64,000 bases of DNA from Candidatus Latescibacterota bacterium (lineage in GTDB: Bacteria > Latescibacterota > UBA2968 > UBA8231), in contig CBDCSU010000004.1 in the NCBI GenBank assembly GCA_965221775.1, positions 160,001-224,000 on the forward strand. Direction: 5' to 3'. The position numbers and the translations under genes were made by a program. Below are positions 62,953 to 64,000 of the stretch, piece after piece. The stretch's first letter is position 1. The number at the start of each line of letters is the position of its first letter. The notes beneath the pieces were generated by a model that was not told where the DNA came from, did no database searches, and worked only from the letters and a program-made list of their open reading frames with translations.

Positions 62953-64000
62953 ATGACTCAGATCCCCCGCATCGGCACCGACCGCCAGCTCCTCGTCGAC
63001 CAGTACTGGATCGAGGACAGCCGCGGGGTGAGGCGCAGGCTCCACGAGCCGATGCGGCGCAACACGGCGATCGCCGCCGACCGGCCTTGGGAGCGGGGCG
63101 GCGTCTCCTACATGACCGTCTTTGCCGACGGCGGCAGGTACCGGGCCTGGTACCGCTGCGACGGCGACAACCCGATCCGGGACGACCAGCGCCAGCCCCT
63201 GATCGCCTGGGCCGAGAGCGGCGACGGCGTCCACTGGGAGAAGCCGTCCCTGGGCCTGATCGAGTTCGAGGGCTCCACCGACAACAACCTTGTCTGGCAG
63301 GGGCCGGGCAACAACCTCTCCCTCTTCCGCGACGACGGCCCCGGCGTGCCCGCCGACGAGCGCTACAAGGGCATCGTGCGGACGTCGGACCTGCTCGCCC
63401 TGGTCTCGCCCGACGGCCTGCGGTGGCGACTGCGCCGGGAGGCGCCGATCCACACCGACCGGCCCTTCGACTCCCACAACATCGTCTTCCGCGACCCCTT
63501 CCGCGGCGACTACGTCATCTACGCCCGCGGCGTCGCCGGCCGGGGCGACTTCAAGGGAGGCGTGCGCTGGGTGCGGCGCTCGACCTCCGCCGACTTCGAG
63601 AGCTGGAGCGAGTGGGAATCGATCGACGTCGGGCGCGAGCCGGATGAGCACCTCTACACCAACGCCTGCGTGCCCTACGAACGCGCCCCGGGGAGCTACC
63701 TCATGTTCCCCTCGCGCTTCGTCAAGGAGCGCATGCCGGATCCCGACTGGCCCCACGGCCCGGGGGTGAACGATATCCTCTTCCTGTCGAGCCGCGACGG
63801 CGTGCGCTTCGACGCCTCCCTGCGCGAGGCCTTCCTGCGGCCGGGACCCAACCCCGACAACTGGCACGAGCGCGCCATCTACATGGAGCACGGCCTGCTG
63901 CACACGGCGCCGGGGGAGATCTCCCTCTTCGGCATGGAGAGCTGGCGCCTGCCTTCGAACCGCATCCGGCGCTACACCCTGCGCACCGACGGCTTCGTCT
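62953..64000 (+). CDS. Beta-propeller glycoside-hydrolase-like protein (truncated by window end)
   Basis: ATG 62953 reads MTQIPRIGTDRQLLVDQYWIE...DRPWE...AESGDGVHWEKPSLG...FDSHN...SRDG...YTLRTDGFV; open to the edge. Confidence 0.65.
   Translation, partial: MTQIPRIGTDRQLLVDQYWIEDSRGVRRRLHEPMRRNTAIAADRPWERGGVSYMTVFADGGRYRAWYRCDGDNPIRDDQRQPLIAWAESGDGVHWEKPSLGLIEFEGSTDNNLVWQGPGNNLSLFRDDGPGVPADERYKGIVRTSDLLALVSPDGLRWRLRREAPIHTDRPFDSHNIVFRDPFRGDYVIYARGVAGRGDFKGGVRWVRRSTSADFESWSEWESIDVGREPDEHLYTNACVPYERAPGSYLMFPSRFVKERMPDPDWPHGPGVNDILFLSSRDGVRFDASLREAFLRPGPNPDNWHERAIYMEHGLLHTAPGEISLFGMESWRLPSNRIRRYTLRTDGFV

Noticed and set aside
174-63903. Many long antisense or off-frame ORFs in the track (e.g. 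41846..45052-, 49261..52539-, 12669..15476-, 28785..31292+)
   Set aside because: They are shadows of real genes in high-GC DNA, with Arg/Pro/Gly-rich or mirror-codon composition and no motifs.

Overview
GC-rich bacterial window of about 45 mostly catabolic, transport and surface-protein genes. I found no rRNA, tRNA, CRISPR array or intact transposase. The gene content suggests an FCB-group bacterium outside Bacteroidota, such as Latescibacterota, that may be host-associated (e.g. sponge); this is inference. The supporting genes are a PorV-like barrel, proteins with T9SS/FlgD-like C-terminal domains, two DUF6785-like membrane proteins, a plant-type LRR protein, PhyH dioxygenases and BNR hydrolases. 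Top leads: (1) an island at 55.6-59.3 kb with a zinc-hook Rad50/RloC-like ABC-ATPase coupled to a small HEPN-like protein, a candidate undescribed anti-phage system next to a HicA remnant; (2) a ~160-nt promoter-to-terminator sRNA with CUCC motifs at 22.8-23.0 kb; (3) a eukaryote-like alkyl-DHAP synthase next to a DHRS7B-like reductase, a possible ether-lipid pair; (4) an M28/DUF4910 peptidase-AAC(3) fusion in a deacylase operon; (5) a DUF6785-like membrane protein plus solute-binding protein with no ABC permease or ATPase; (6) a TonB receptor-T9SS cargo-PorV triad. All family calls come from motif recognition by eye; no searches were run.
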